From NCBI RefSeq assembly GCF_009831105.1, contig NZ_WUUQ01000001.1, positions 600,001-632,000 of the forward strand: a stretch of 32,000 nucleotides of DNA, written 5' to 3'. This document shows positions 15,132-25,315 of this stretch, piece by piece. Origin of the DNA: Copranaerobaculum intestinale (GTDB lineage Bacteria > Bacillota_I > Bacilli_A > Erysipelotrichales > Erysipelotrichaceae). Each line of letters begins with the position of its first letter. The stretch's first letter is position 1. The notes under the pieces are model-generated. The model was not told the origin of the DNA. It saw only the letters and a program-made list of their open reading frames with translations, and ran no database searches. The position numbers and the translations under genes are program-made.

Positions 15132-16013
15132 TCAATACCTATTACCATAAAGATATTTATTTGAAATTCTCTTTTGTGTTTCCAAATATTTTGTAACGTT
15201 TTCATCATAATCAGGATAATTATAACCAAGTGAATCTGCCACTTTTTTAGATATTTTTTTGAACAAACATAGACACAAATCAAACGATTTCCACATTTCT
15301 TCATACGAACTCATTGAATATGTATTTAGTAAGTTATCCCACAATTCTTTTGAAATATGCTTATCTAAAAATTTATAGTTTTTACCCAAACTGAAATTAA
15401 ATCCTTTTTCAGTACCGACATACCAACTAATCATCCTAAGAAGCTCATGACGTAATACTTCATTCATATGGTCTATTGCAAATAGTATTTCACCACGAAG
15501 TAAGCCCTTGGATACATATGTTGCAACATTCCAAAATTCGTTACAACAGTCATCAAACTTTCTTTCTGTTGGACACTTAATGTAATAATCTTCATCTGTG
15601 GGAACTATTTCTGTTTTAATCATATTATCTTTATCTAACATGATTTTTACAAGTTTATCGCGAGTAAGATACTCCTCAAGCATTGAAACAGGTAACAAAG
15701 TTAAATCAATCTTTACACCATCATCAAAAAGCATTATATAAGAAAATCCTTTTTCTTCTGGAGGAAATAATTCCATATCTTCAGGTTTTTGCATCATAAT
15801 TCTGTTACCAAAAACACTAAGCCAGTCATCGCTTTTCAAAAATTCTCCCATATCTATAACAAAAAAAGTAATATCATAATCTTGAAGATTGTCTTTTGGT
15901 ATATTAACATTAGTGCGAGACCCCTCAAGAGTTACAATTCTAATTCTCTCATCTTGAAAAGCAAAATTCAAAACTAAATCGTATATTTCTTTTTCAGTCC
16001 TCATTTCATTCAC
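15132..16013 (-). CDS. ant(6): Aminoglycoside 6-nucleotidyltransferase ANT(6)-I family (streptomycin resistance; aadE/aadK-like)
   Basis: 293 aa. Long stretches match my memory of ANT(6)-Ia: DERIRIVTLEGSR, DYDITFFV, MMQKPEDMELFPPEEKGFSYIMLFDD, KIDLTLLP, DDCCNEFWNV, EILFAIDH and RHELLRMISW. The gene is visibly more AT-rich than its flanks. Confidence 0.93.
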   Translation of the reverse strand: MNEMRTEKEIYDLVLNFAFQDERIRIVTLEGSRTNVNIPKDNLQDYDITFFVIDMGEFLKSDDWLSVFGNRIMMQKPEDMELFPPEEKGFSYIMLFDDGVKIDLTLLPVSMLEEYLTRDKLVKIMLDKDNMIKTEIVPTDEDYYIKCPTERKFDDCCNEFWNVATYVSKGLLRGEILFAIDHMNEVLRHELLRMISWYVGTEKGFNFSLGKNYKFLDKHISKELWDNLLNTYSMSSYEEMWKSFDLCLCLFKKISKKVADSLGYNYPDYDENVTKYLETQKRISNKYLYGNRY

Positions 16014-16057
16014 CTCAATAAAATTATATCACAAAAAAAGATTGATTCTAACTGTTC

Positions 16058-16825
16058 TTATAATTTGATAACCGCATCAAGGCAGAGCGTAAGTGCATAT
16101 TCGTATGCATTACCGCCCCAGTTTCTTTCGTCGTATTTGTCAACATCTGCAAGACTGTCTGCGGTATAAAGTATCATACCCCAGGTTGCCCCTCTGAAAT
16201 CAGCACAGGCCGCCAGAGCAGAACATTCCATTTCTACAACTGCACAGCCTTCACTTTTGCGATAAGCCACCTTTTCTTTGGTTTCACGGAAAAATCCATC
16301 CGTTGACCAGGTTATAACCTCCTGATATTTCATACTATGCTCAAGAATGGTTTCTTCAATTGCTTTTCTTGCCTTCTCGCTGATTTCCACAAATCGAGAA
16401 GGGGGCGCATAGTGATAAGATGTTCCCTCATCACGCAGAGCCTTGTTTGGTACGAGGAATGTACTTTCGGGGAACTTTTCCAGAGCACCGCAACTACCTG
16501 CCGAGATTACCTCTCTTACACCATAACCAATCAGCCAATCAAGTATCTGTGTGGCTGCTGCCGCACCAACGGGTGCTTGACAAAGCACAATGTCCTCACC
16601 CTTGTATTTGGTGATGTAAATGGGATAATGCTTCGTTGCACTCTCAAAAGTGGATACCTGTTTGGTATCACTTTTACTGGCATATTCATCTATGTAAGCA
16701 CCAAGAAATGCGAACACACATTTCTTGGGTAAGTTCAAACCAAGATTTTCATGAGTGGGATTAAGAACTGCTGTCTGCTCTGTATCAAACTCCAAAATCG
16801 GTATTTCGTTTTTAATAATAGCCAT
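16058..16825 (-). CDS. Nucleoside phosphorylase, PNP_UDP_1 family (uridine/purine nucleoside phosphorylase-like)
   Basis: 255 aa. It has APVGAAAATQILDWLIGYGV, ISAGSCG and the VVEMECSAL motif, comparable to YEMES in E. coli Udp. GGAGAG RBS. It ends 44 nt upstream of ant(6) on the same strand. Confidence 0.85.
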   Translation of the reverse strand: MAIIKNEIPILEFDTEQTAVLNPTHENLGLNLPKKCVFAFLGAYIDEYASKSDTKQVSTFESATKHYPIYITKYKGEDIVLCQAPVGAAAATQILDWLIGYGVREVISAGSCGALEKFPESTFLVPNKALRDEGTSYHYAPPSRFVEISEKARKAIEETILEHSMKYQEVITWSTDGFFRETKEKVAYRKSEGCAVVEMECSALAACADFRGATWGMILYTADSLADVDKYDERNWGGNAYEYALTLCLDAVIKL

Positions 16826-16857
16826 ACTATCTCTCCGTCAAATTCATATTTACGAAA

Positions 16858-19800
16858 ATGACAATTGATACAGATCATCCGATCGCAATGGATGAGACAA
16901 GTGTCGTGAAGGCAACATTCCAGTTACAGAAGCGAAATGATTCAGGAAACTTTGTGGATGTAGCAGGATATGAAGCCTTCCATCCAAGTAAAAACGGCAG
17001 TTTTGAATCGGGCATGCTGGAGCCGGGAGCTTATCAGCTGATCGAAACCGCAGCACCGGACAGCTATCAGCGATTAACCGCTCCGATACCGTTCACGATT
17101 ACGGCTAAACAGATTACCACTGTTGCGAATCATGAAAGCGGCAAGATCATCAACCAAGCGCTGGGGAATGTTGAAATTACCAAATACAGCGATGCGCATG
17201 TATATGATAAAACCGGTGCGCAGCAGACCTTGGCTAGCGTTACATTCTCCCTTTATAAAGGTGACCATACGCAAATTTCTGCGGATACTCTCGTTGCTTC
17301 TTTGAAGACAAATGAGCATGGAATTGCTTTATGGAAGAATTTGGAGCCAGGCATTTACACAGTAAAGGAAACAAACGGATTGACTGGTTTTGCGCAGAAT
17401 GACGCTTACTATGAAGTAACAGTTCTCAGTAAACAGTCTGAAGTTAAAACCTATACGCCGGATCGAACCGATGATCCTGCTTATATCAGCGGCGGTCAGA
17501 TTTATAATGAGTCCACTATGGGGAAACTCGTTATTCATAAGACGGACACTGCAGGAAAACCGTTAAAGAATGCAGTCTTTCATGTGTATGCCTATGATGA
17601 ACATGGAAAGCCAAAAAATATTCCGGAGGAAGTTATCACAACAAATGCGGATGGTTACGGCTTCAGTAAGCTGCTGGCAGCCAGCAAGAGCGGTACTGCC
17701 TATCTGGTTCGGGAAGTAGAGGCTCCAAGCGGCTATTCATTGGATGAACAATATGAAATGCTCGAGAAAGTTGTTACGGTAAAACCACTTCAAAGTACGG
17801 ATATTATTATAGCCAATAATGAGCAGTATGGTGATACGGATAATTATATCGCTTTCAAAAATACGTTGAAGAACAATTATGAACAATATAAATTCAAGGT
17901 AGATAAAGGTATCCTATCGGTATCCGGATCGCGCAGCGTGAACGGTGAAGATAAGCAGATGTATGCCCATGAATATGATAAAGCATCTTCTGTTGACGAG
18001 CAGGATACGATGAGTCTGCTGGAAAGCGACAGCAAGGTTGCGTTTAAGATCTTCGGCTTTGCCGACGGACAAAATAAGATCGATGCTGAGAATGTGATTG
18101 TTACAGATGATAACATCAAAATGCAGTATCTTAAAGACAGCCTGTATGTGGATGAAGCAATGACTAAAGATGCATATGCTATTTCATCTATTACAATTCA
18201 CCGCGCTTATATCGGCGGTTCAGATGCCCCTGTTCATGCCGAGATCCAGTATCAGACATACGGACAGTCCAGCACGGTTTGGACTTCTTTGAAAACCATT
18301 CACGATGTTCAAAATTTATCTGCTGCCGGTGAAACGGTTGATGTGTCTGCCTTGTCAGATAAAATAGTTCATTTCCGGGTTATCTATTCCGGAACAAAAG
18401 CGAATTTCTATTCTGACGGAATTGATTTCAAGGCGGTATTCAAACAGCGTGCATCTGATGCGTCCGCTCATGAAATCCGCCGCATCACCAACGCTGCTGA
18501 TGTGCAGTATCAATTTAATGTAAAGGATGAAACCGGAAATGTTGTTTCAGAAACATTAGATCAGCAGCAAACAAAGACTGTTGAGGTGCGGTATCCGCTG
18601 TTACAGACGAGCCGTCCAAAAGTGGATATTGATATTTCGGTCGATAATGACAAGGCGGGAACAAAAACCTTTAATCCGGGGGATCAGGTTTTATATACGC
18701 TGAAGGCAAGCAATACGTCGTATAATGCTGCACAGCTGTTTGATTCTCCGATTGTGAGCTTTGATCTGCCGGTTGGACTAAGCTTGGATGACGTATATCC
18801 GAGTCAATCGAGTCCGTATTTGGTCATGATCGGTAAAAATCCAAGTGAAGGAAAAACGATTGATCTGAAGAATGTTCGGATCGTTGAATCAAATACGGCC
18901 GCAAAAGAAATTAATGATGCAGGAGAGGTTGTTACTACGTCTAAGACGACAAAGAAGATTACGATGTTCTTTGACGGATTAACGATTGAACCGGGGATGA
19001 ACTTATTTGTTCGATTCTCCACGCATATATCACGAGGCAGTAATTCGGTCAATAATTTGATCGCGCCTTCTTATTTAAGCAGTTCACAAACGGTTCCGCA
19101 GTCAGTTGAAAATCCTTATGGCAATTCATTTGACGCAACCTCCATGGGTGGGGCGATGGTAAATGATGAAGATCTTGATAAAATCATTGACGGTACTTCC
19201 GGACCGATAACTTCATCAGTACCGCGCTATGTATTTGCTCATGATGCGATCAGCGTCAGCGAAATCAATAATCTGTCCATTTATAAGGAAGCAAAAGGAC
19301 AGTCAGATAAGGAATATAAAGGTTCCGGACAGGCAGCTACCACCGTGCCAAACGGAAGCATGGATTATCGTATTGTTGTTAAAAACGGTTCTACTTCAAC
19401 AAATAAAGTAACCAAAGCAAGAGTTTTGGATATCCTGCCTTTTGCCGGAGATACTTTGGTGAATCGAAGCAATTTGAACGGAACCCCCACAGACCGCGGC
19501 ACCTCTATTGTGAAGCGGCCGATCTTGAAAAAGGACGGGGTTAAGGTCTATGATCATGACGGAATAGAAATTCCTTCTCAATATGTAACGATTTATTATT
19601 GTGTTGATCCGATTGAAACATGGACCGCCGCAAATCGCAGCGCGGCACAGCGTGAATTGGATCTGCCAATGATTTACGGTACGATGGAAAGCGGAGCATG
19701 GACCAGCGGCAACCGTAATTGGGTAACGGATCTTAGCGGATATACGATGGATCAGGTTACCGCGATTGGGGCAGAAGTGGACTTCCAAGCTATGAAGCTT

Positions 19801-22143
19801 GCCGAGGGTTCTGACTTTACTATCCATATCGGTATGACTGCACCAAACTTCACAACGGATGAAATTGACGATATCACTGATAAATTTTATTTTAATTCCG
19901 CAATGTGTGCGGTTCTGCGCGACGGACATGATGCCGGTGAAGCAATCAGTGATGATAATCGTACTGAAAATGATCCGGTTAAGATGAAAGTAAATCTGCC
20001 GAAAGGCTCGATTGGTGACTACGCATTTGTCGATCGCAACAATGATGGTCTTCAGGATGCGGGTGATGTGGCCCTGTCAGGTGTTGGTGTGACCCTGTAT
20101 ACGTATCGAAAGGGTATTGATGATGCTGTACCGGTACTCATCGGGACAAAGAAAACGACAACCGATCAGTCCGGTTATTATCTCTTTGATAATTTGGACT
20201 GCAACAACCCGCTGGAGGGCAGAAGTAAAGATTCTGATGATCCAAATGATTTTGTGGGTAAAGTCATCTATAGTTATAAATTGGAATTTGAATCACCGGT
20301 GGATGAATCTGTGTATTCCTATAAACCAACCTTACAGTATGCGGGAAGCAAGGCATATCCAGCAGCTGATTCCAATATTGACAGCGATGGCTTGACTGAT
20401 TTTGTTCGATTGACGGTTACCAAAGAAGCCGATGGAAATCTGCTTGGTGAAGATGATCCAACGATTGATGCCGGTTTTGTCAGCCTTGGCGCGCTGGGAG
20501 ACTATGTGTGGATCGATGATAATCGTAACGGTATTCAAGATGCGGATGAAAAGGGAATCGAGGGTGTAACCGTTAATCTGCTTGAGAAAAAGGACGGAAT
20601 TCTGCGCTATAAGAAATCCGTGACTACGGATAAAGATGGATTCTATATATTTAAAGAGCTGCCGGCCGGTGAGTATGTGGTTGAATTTGATATAACTTCG
20701 GTCTCCAGCACCGGCTATTCACGCTATGAATTTACAAAGTATGTCGATAATGTGAATGCTGCTGATGTTAATTCGGACGCTAAAAACATGGTGCCTGCCA
20801 CCGATGATCAGGTCGCTCGCACCGATGTGATCAAGCTGGAGGATCGCGGTATTGATATGTCCATTGATGCCGGATTGACGTATTACAGCGCATTGAGCGG
20901 CCGCACCTTTGAGGATCGCAATTTCGATGATCTGAACAATAATGCGGCTGCGGATATTCCGCTGTTAAAGACAAAAGTGGAGCTGTATCGGGTCGTCAGC
21001 GGGATTCGCGAGAAAGATCCATACATGTCGCAGCCGGTAAAGGATGACGGAACCTATGTGTTTGATAAACTGCTTCCTGGCACGTATCAGGTACGTTTCA
21101 TTTTTCCGCAGGGGTATGATATTGTAAAAGGAAATATCGGTTTTGATGATACCATAGACAGTGATATTACCTATGTTGAAGACAGCGGAGAAAGCGGCTT
21201 TACCGATGTGATCGCTGTAAAGGGCAACAGCATCGAAAAGTATTGGGACGGCGGAGCACGACGTTACAGCAGTCTTGGAGATTATGTCTGGAATGACAGC
21301 AACAAGGACGGACTTCAGGATTTGGATGAACAGCCAATTGCCAATGTACGCGTGTATCTGCAAAGACAAGCTCCTGGTGAGGACTTCTGGACTGTACAAA
21401 GCGAAACCATGACAGATAAATACGGACGGTATCGTTTTGACCATTTAGAAGGAAGTACCTATACCGGAATTAAATATCGTATTTTCTTTGATCTGACACC
21501 ATTTACTCAGCTTACGATTCCGCGAAACGGAGATGCCGAGCTTGATTCGAATGCACTGCCTACCTATATGGCGGGATGGGGCTTCCCAACGGATATCATC
21601 AAGCTTGGCTATGCTAGTGAAGATATGAGCTGGGATGCTGGCATTATTGAGACCTCGGGCAGTATAGGAGATTATGTTTGGTTTGATACCAACCGCAATG
21701 GCATTCAAGATGAAGCCGGCACCGGTATCGGCAATGTCTTGGTCGTGCTGGAGCACAGTGAAGATGAGAATTTAAACGACAGCAGCTGGGTAAAAGTTGG
21801 TGAAACCTATACCAATGCATCAGGCTATTATCGTTTTGATGGATTGGCCGAAGGCTATTACCGTGTAAAATTCTACCTGCCGAATTCTTATGTAACGACT
21901 CCGAATCAGGGAACGGATATAGAAAGGGATTCTGACGGTATCCGAAGAATTCAGGATTGGTCGGTAACGCGTCCGTTCTATCTGTCTGAGGGCGGATATG
22001 ACATGAGCTGGGACTGCGGTATTTATGATGGTAATCCTAGTATAAAAACCGGAGATACGACCAATACTCAACTATATATAATGCTGATGATGTTTTCCAT
22101 GGGTTCTGTTGTATATCTATGGAGACGCAGAAAAATGATTTAA
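16858..22143 (+). CDS. Giant wall-anchored adhesin, apparently 5'-truncated. It has SpaA/Cna-B-like folds, a central region, five SdrD-B-type Ca-binding repeats and an SIKTG-type sorting signal.
   Basis: - 1761 aa; five GDY(V/A)W.D.N.(N/D)G.QD modules.
- Anchor: C-terminal SIKTGD, a TM helix, then WRRRKMI.
- Truncation: the N-terminus MTIDTDHPIAMDETS is acidic with no signal peptide, and no RBS precedes the ATG.
- An in-frame TAG lies at 16819-16821, so no longer reading frame is possible. Confidence 0.85.
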   Translation: MTIDTDHPIAMDETSVVKATFQLQKRNDSGNFVDVAGYEAFHPSKNGSFESGMLEPGAYQLIETAAPDSYQRLTAPIPFTITAKQITTVANHESGKIINQALGNVEITKYSDAHVYDKTGAQQTLASVTFSLYKGDHTQISADTLVASLKTNEHGIALWKNLEPGIYTVKETNGLTGFAQNDAYYEVTVLSKQSEVKTYTPDRTDDPAYISGGQIYNESTMGKLVIHKTDTAGKPLKNAVFHVYAYDEHGKPKNIPEEVITTNADGYGFSKLLAASKSGTAYLVREVEAPSGYSLDEQYEMLEKVVTVKPLQSTDIIIANNEQYGDTDNYIAFKNTLKNNYEQYKFKVDKGILSVSGSRSVNGEDKQMYAHEYDKASSVDEQDTMSLLESDSKVAFKIFGFADGQNKIDAENVIVTDDNIKMQYLKDSLYVDEAMTKDAYAISSITIHRAYIGGSDAPVHAEIQYQTYGQSSTVWTSLKTIHDVQNLSAAGETVDVSALSDKIVHFRVIYSGTKANFYSDGIDFKAVFKQRASDASAHEIRRITNAADVQYQFNVKDETGNVVSETLDQQQTKTVEVRYPLLQTSRPKVDIDISVDNDKAGTKTFNPGDQVLYTLKASNTSYNAAQLFDSPIVSFDLPVGLSLDDVYPSQSSPYLVMIGKNPSEGKTIDLKNVRIVESNTAAKEINDAGEVVTTSKTTKKITMFFDGLTIEPGMNLFVRFSTHISRGSNSVNNLIAPSYLSSSQTVPQSVENPYGNSFDATSMGGAMVNDEDLDKIIDGTSGPITSSVPRYVFAHDAISVSEINNLSIYKEAKGQSDKEYKGSGQAATTVPNGSMDYRIVVKNGSTSTNKVTKARVLDILPFAGDTLVNRSNLNGTPTDRGTSIVKRPILKKDGVKVYDHDGIEIPSQYVTIYYCVDPIETWTAANRSAAQRELDLPMIYGTMESGAWTSGNRNWVTDLSGYTMDQVTAIGAEVDFQAMKLAEGSDFTIHIGMTAPNFTTDEIDDITDKFYFNSAMCAVLRDGHDAGEAISDDNRTENDPVKMKVNLPKGSIGDYAFVDRNNDGLQDAGDVALSGVGVTLYTYRKGIDDAVPVLIGTKKTTTDQSGYYLFDNLDCNNPLEGRSKDSDDPNDFVGKVIYSYKLEFESPVDESVYSYKPTLQYAGSKAYPAADSNIDSDGLTDFVRLTVTKEADGNLLGEDDPTIDAGFVSLGALGDYVWIDDNRNGIQDADEKGIEGVTVNLLEKKDGILRYKKSVTTDKDGFYIFKELPAGEYVVEFDITSVSSTGYSRYEFTKYVDNVNAADVNSDAKNMVPATDDQVARTDVIKLEDRGIDMSIDAGLTYYSALSGRTFEDRNFDDLNNNAAADIPLLKTKVELYRVVSGIREKDPYMSQPVKDDGTYVFDKLLPGTYQVRFIFPQGYDIVKGNIGFDDTIDSDITYVEDSGESGFTDVIAVKGNSIEKYWDGGARRYSSLGDYVWNDSNKDGLQDLDEQPIANVRVYLQRQAPGEDFWTVQSETMTDKYGRYRFDHLEGSTYTGIKYRIFFDLTPFTQLTIPRNGDAELDSNALPTYMAGWGFPTDIIKLGYASEDMSWDAGIIETSGSIGDYVWFDTNRNGIQDEAGTGIGNVLVVLEHSEDENLNDSSWVKVGETYTNASGYYRFDGLAEGYYRVKFYLPNSYVTTPNQGTDIERDSDGIRRIQDWSVTRPFYLSEGGYDMSWDCGIYDGNPSIKTGDTTNTQLYIMLMMFSMGSVVYLWRRRKMI

Positions 22144-22156
22144 TAAGATTATGAAA

Positions 22157-22191
22157 AGAGACTTTAGCAGATTTGCCAAAGTCTCTTTTTT
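22157..22191 (+). terminator. Rho-independent terminator after the giant adhesin gene
   Basis: AGAGACTTT (22157-22165) pairs with AAAGTCTCT (22178-22186), followed by TTTTT. Confidence 0.8.
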
Positions 22192-22311
22192 GTATGTTAA
22201 AAGGTTTCATGATAGAAAAAGTTTTTTAAAAATAATCTGTCGTGTGACAAGCATGTGACAGTCCTGTAATAAGATAGGGGTGTAAAAGGAATTGTAAGCG
22301 GAGGTTGTATT

Positions 22312-24090
22312 ATGAAAAAGAAAATGGGAAAGATTCTCTCGGGAATCGTATTATCATTCACAATATTGTTAGCAGGAACTGCTTTCAATATTCATGCAGA
22401 AGACAATATGAGTTTGCAGACTCCGATTTCACTAACAACCTCAGTTGCTGATAATGCCGATACACGGGCATTTATTATTACCAATAATACAAATGAAAAT
22501 TTATCAGCGGTTCGCTATTGGGGATCAAACTCCAGCAGTGCATATGCTAATACTGTCGCTGTTGCGGCGGGAAGTAACGTGCGGGTTACCGTACCGGCCG
22601 CAGCCGGTCTTTCTCTCATCGCGGAATACGACGGCTACCGTACTTCGATAAAGGCTTATGATGCATACAATATGCCGGTTTATTATCTCATCAACAATAA
22701 CGTTGTAGCGACATATTCAGTAGTGAACAGCGGCAGCGGTACCAGCTATACTGCTCCACTGACTTATATGTTTCATAATGAAAGCTATTCTGTTTCCGGA
22801 AACAATTATAAGGAAGTTCCGTTTGGGACAAAGAGCCTTTCTTTCAATTACGAAAAAATAAATATGCCAGTCAAAACAAGTACAGTTATATATGTTGATC
22901 AAAATAATGTTCGGTTGACAGAGAAGACTTTTACTGTAACAGAGAAAGACGGCGGTCATTTTCAGCCGGATGCGGCAATTCGGATAAACGGAAAAGATTA
23001 TAAGTTAATGAGCGGTCAGGCTGCTGCTTTAAACCCTACGTATGCAGAAGGCGGTAAGAGCTACACATATCGGTATATGCTTCAGGATGACAGTATTCAG
23101 CGTGCTTACAATATTACCGTTCAGTACCTGTATAACAATGTCGTATTAGAAACAAATATAGTAAGCGTATACCCGGGACAATCAGTATCTTATGATACCA
23201 GCGACTCGGTAGTAGCAAATAAGACGGAATATCGCCGCAGTGCAGGAGAAGCAAAAACGATCCAGCATGAATATGACAATGCAACGCGGCTTTATAAAGT
23301 TAAGTACGAAAAAGTAAAAGTAAATGAACCTTATGATATTACAGTGAATTACGTAAATTTAGAAAATGGTAAAGTTTTAGAAACACATAAAACTACTGTC
23401 GATGTGAATAAGACCATTCATTATGATGTTAAGAATTCTTTTGATAAGGATAATGAAACATATATTTTATCTGGAAGTCAATCGAAAACAGTAACACATA
23501 CATTCGGTCAAGATCAGACCGTGTATAATGTATATTACAATCTTAAAGGTAAAGAAGTAACCAGCTATGATGTAAAAATTATTTATTTTGATATTACAAA
23601 GAACACGGTTTTATCTTCAAAAACCGTTAAAGCTGAATTGAATAAAGCATTGCTGATCAACGTTCCGAGCACTTACGAAAAAGGAAATAACAAATATGTG
23701 CTTTTGGGCGGACAGAACACGAGCAATACGCATGACTTCTATTCACGTACAAGAACCCATATCTACTTCTATCGTGATGTAAACGACACAGCTAATGCGG
23801 AAACAGTTGTGCAGCCGGGTGTCAACGGCACGGTTGTCGTCGGAGCGAATCAGATAATCAATGTTGATGAACAAGGAAATGCAGTTATCCGGACTGAAGA
23901 TGGGGATTTAACAATCAATGATGAAAATGAAGTCGTCAAAGATAATGAGACACCATTATCCAAAGGAAAGAAAACTACAAAGAAGGACAGCTTCCCAATG
24001 ATGTATGTATATACAGGAGTCGGTTTTCTGATTCTTGCCGGAATCCTTGTATTCTTCTTTATGAAAAAACGCAAAAAAGAAAAAGCATAA
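22312..24090 (+). CDS. Secreted, C-terminally membrane-anchored repeat protein (MucBP-like beta repeats)
   Basis: 592 aa with signal peptide MKKKMGKILSGIVLSFTILLAGTAFNIHA. At least three repeats of type Y(N/D)(I/V)T(V)xY..(N/E)..VL(E/S)T...V are present. The C-terminal TM helix is followed by KKRKKEKA, and no LPXTG-like motif was seen. GGAGG RBS. Confidence 0.8.
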   Translation: MKKKMGKILSGIVLSFTILLAGTAFNIHAEDNMSLQTPISLTTSVADNADTRAFIITNNTNENLSAVRYWGSNSSSAYANTVAVAAGSNVRVTVPAAAGLSLIAEYDGYRTSIKAYDAYNMPVYYLINNNVVATYSVVNSGSGTSYTAPLTYMFHNESYSVSGNNYKEVPFGTKSLSFNYEKINMPVKTSTVIYVDQNNVRLTEKTFTVTEKDGGHFQPDAAIRINGKDYKLMSGQAAALNPTYAEGGKSYTYRYMLQDDSIQRAYNITVQYLYNNVVLETNIVSVYPGQSVSYDTSDSVVANKTEYRRSAGEAKTIQHEYDNATRLYKVKYEKVKVNEPYDITVNYVNLENGKVLETHKTTVDVNKTIHYDVKNSFDKDNETYILSGSQSKTVTHTFGQDQTVYNVYYNLKGKEVTSYDVKIIYFDITKNTVLSSKTVKAELNKALLINVPSTYEKGNNKYVLLGGQNTSNTHDFYSRTRTHIYFYRDVNDTANAETVVQPGVNGTVVVGANQIINVDEQGNAVIRTEDGDLTINDENEVVKDNETPLSKGKKTTKKDSFPMMYVYTGVGFLILAGILVFFFMKKRKKEKA

Positions 24091-24100
24091 AGTAAATAAA

Positions 24101-24153
24101 AAACGGTTCACTTAGAACCGTTTCAGACTGTTGACTAAGTTGACAGTCTTTTT
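24101..24153. terminator. Two overlapping hairpin terminators between convergent genes
   Basis: AAACGGTTC/GAACCGTTT (24101-24123) has a T-run on the minus strand. AGACTGT/ACAGTCT (24125-24149) is followed by TTTT on the plus strand. Confidence 0.7.
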
Positions 24154-25315
24154 AAACCAGAGAATTTTGAAAGATCGTCAATACATCATCCTTATTGAGC
24201 GGGACATAGGCATTGGACAGGGAAGCGGCGGCTTTCTCAGCCATCAATGCCAGCTTTTCCTCGCCGATACCGACTTCTTTTAGGGTAGAAGCGATACCTA
24301 AAGAATTGAAAAATTCTCGAGTAGCAAGGATTGATTTTTCCGCAATTTCCTTTTTCGGAAGATTTTTATCAATATTCCAAACATTTATCCCATACTCAAC
24401 AAACTTATCAAGCGTCTCCTCTTTTAAAATGTAGCTCATCCAATTAGGGGTCAGAATTGCTAAGCCGACTCCGTGAGTAATATCGTAGTAAGCACTCAAT
24501 TCATGTTCCATCGGATGTACGGTCCAGCTTTGGGACTTGCCGTATTTGAGAAGTCCATTGATTGCCCAGCTGCTGGCCCACATGAGATTGGCACGCGCTT
24601 CATAATTTTCCGGTTCCTTCCATGCGATCGGGCCATAGTGAATGCAGGTTTTTAACAGCGCTTCCGCAAATCGGTCTACAAGATATGTGCCGGGAGTACT
24701 TTGAAAGTAGCATTCCATGATATGTGACATAATATCTGCAGTCCCGGCAGCAGTTTGATAAGGAGAAACGGAATACGTATAGGTCGGGTCTTCAAAAGCA
24801 TAACGAGGTGCCATATCCGGATGTCCTACTCCAATTTTATCGTGAGTTTCCAGATTGGATATAACTGCACCGTGATCCATTTCACTGCCGGTTGCTGAAA
24901 GTGTCAAAACGGCGATGATCGGCAGTACGTTTTTTATCTTCTTTTTATCAAGGACGATATCCCAAGCATCCCCTTCATAATCCACACTGGAAGCAATTAC
25001 TTTGGCACAATCGATTGTACTGCCGCCGCCTACGGCCAAAACGACATCAATCTTGTGTTCGCGGCAGAGTCGAACCCCCTCATTAACCGATGTTACACGC
25101 GGATTAGGCTCAATATCGCACAACTCAAACAGTTCAATCTGATGGTCCTTACAAAGCCGGATGATTTCATCATAGAGTCCGATCTTTTTGATGCTTCCTG
25201 AGCCATAGCAAAGCAGTACGCGGCTGCCATATTCTTTGATAGCTTCTGGGAGATGCGCAATCTGTCCTTCTCCAAAATAAACCTTGGTTGGAATGTCATA
25301 TAAAAAATTTTCCAT
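24152..25315 (-). CDS. Iron-containing (group III) alcohol dehydrogenase, NAD(P)H-dependent butanol dehydrogenase-like
   Basis: 387 aa from MENFLYDIPTKVYFGEGQI. It has AVGGGSTIDCAK and the metal-site segments DIMSH, H(P)MEHELS and THGVGLA. The ATG at 25315 is preceded by AGGGAGGA. The track's longer start at 25375 lacks an RBS. Confidence 0.93.
   Translation of the reverse strand: MENFLYDIPTKVYFGEGQIAHLPEAIKEYGSRVLLCYGSGSIKKIGLYDEIIRLCKDHQIELFELCDIEPNPRVTSVNEGVRLCREHKIDVVLAVGGGSTIDCAKVIASSVDYEGDAWDIVLDKKKIKNVLPIIAVLTLSATGSEMDHGAVISNLETHDKIGVGHPDMAPRYAFEDPTYTYSVSPYQTAAGTADIMSHIMECYFQSTPGTYLVDRFAEALLKTCIHYGPIAWKEPENYEARANLMWASSWAINGLLKYGKSQSWTVHPMEHELSAYYDITHGVGLAILTPNWMSYILKEETLDKFVEYGINVWNIDKNLPKKEIAEKSILATREFFNSLGIASTLKEVGIGEEKLALMAEKAAASLSNAYVPLNKDDVLTIFQNSLV

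Noticed and set aside
15057-16057. IS element, integron attC or transposon ends flanking ant(6)
   Set aside because: I found no terminal inverted repeats, transposase fragments or attC-like imperfect palindromes around the gene. Only a convergent terminator and a 44-nt spacer are present.
17074-22071. Many antisense or off-frame ORFs inside the giant adhesin gene (for example 19396-19929, 20965-21444, 21445-21756)
   Set aside because: All are embedded in a 5.3-kb ORF with clear domain repeats. None has an RBS or a recognisable motif.
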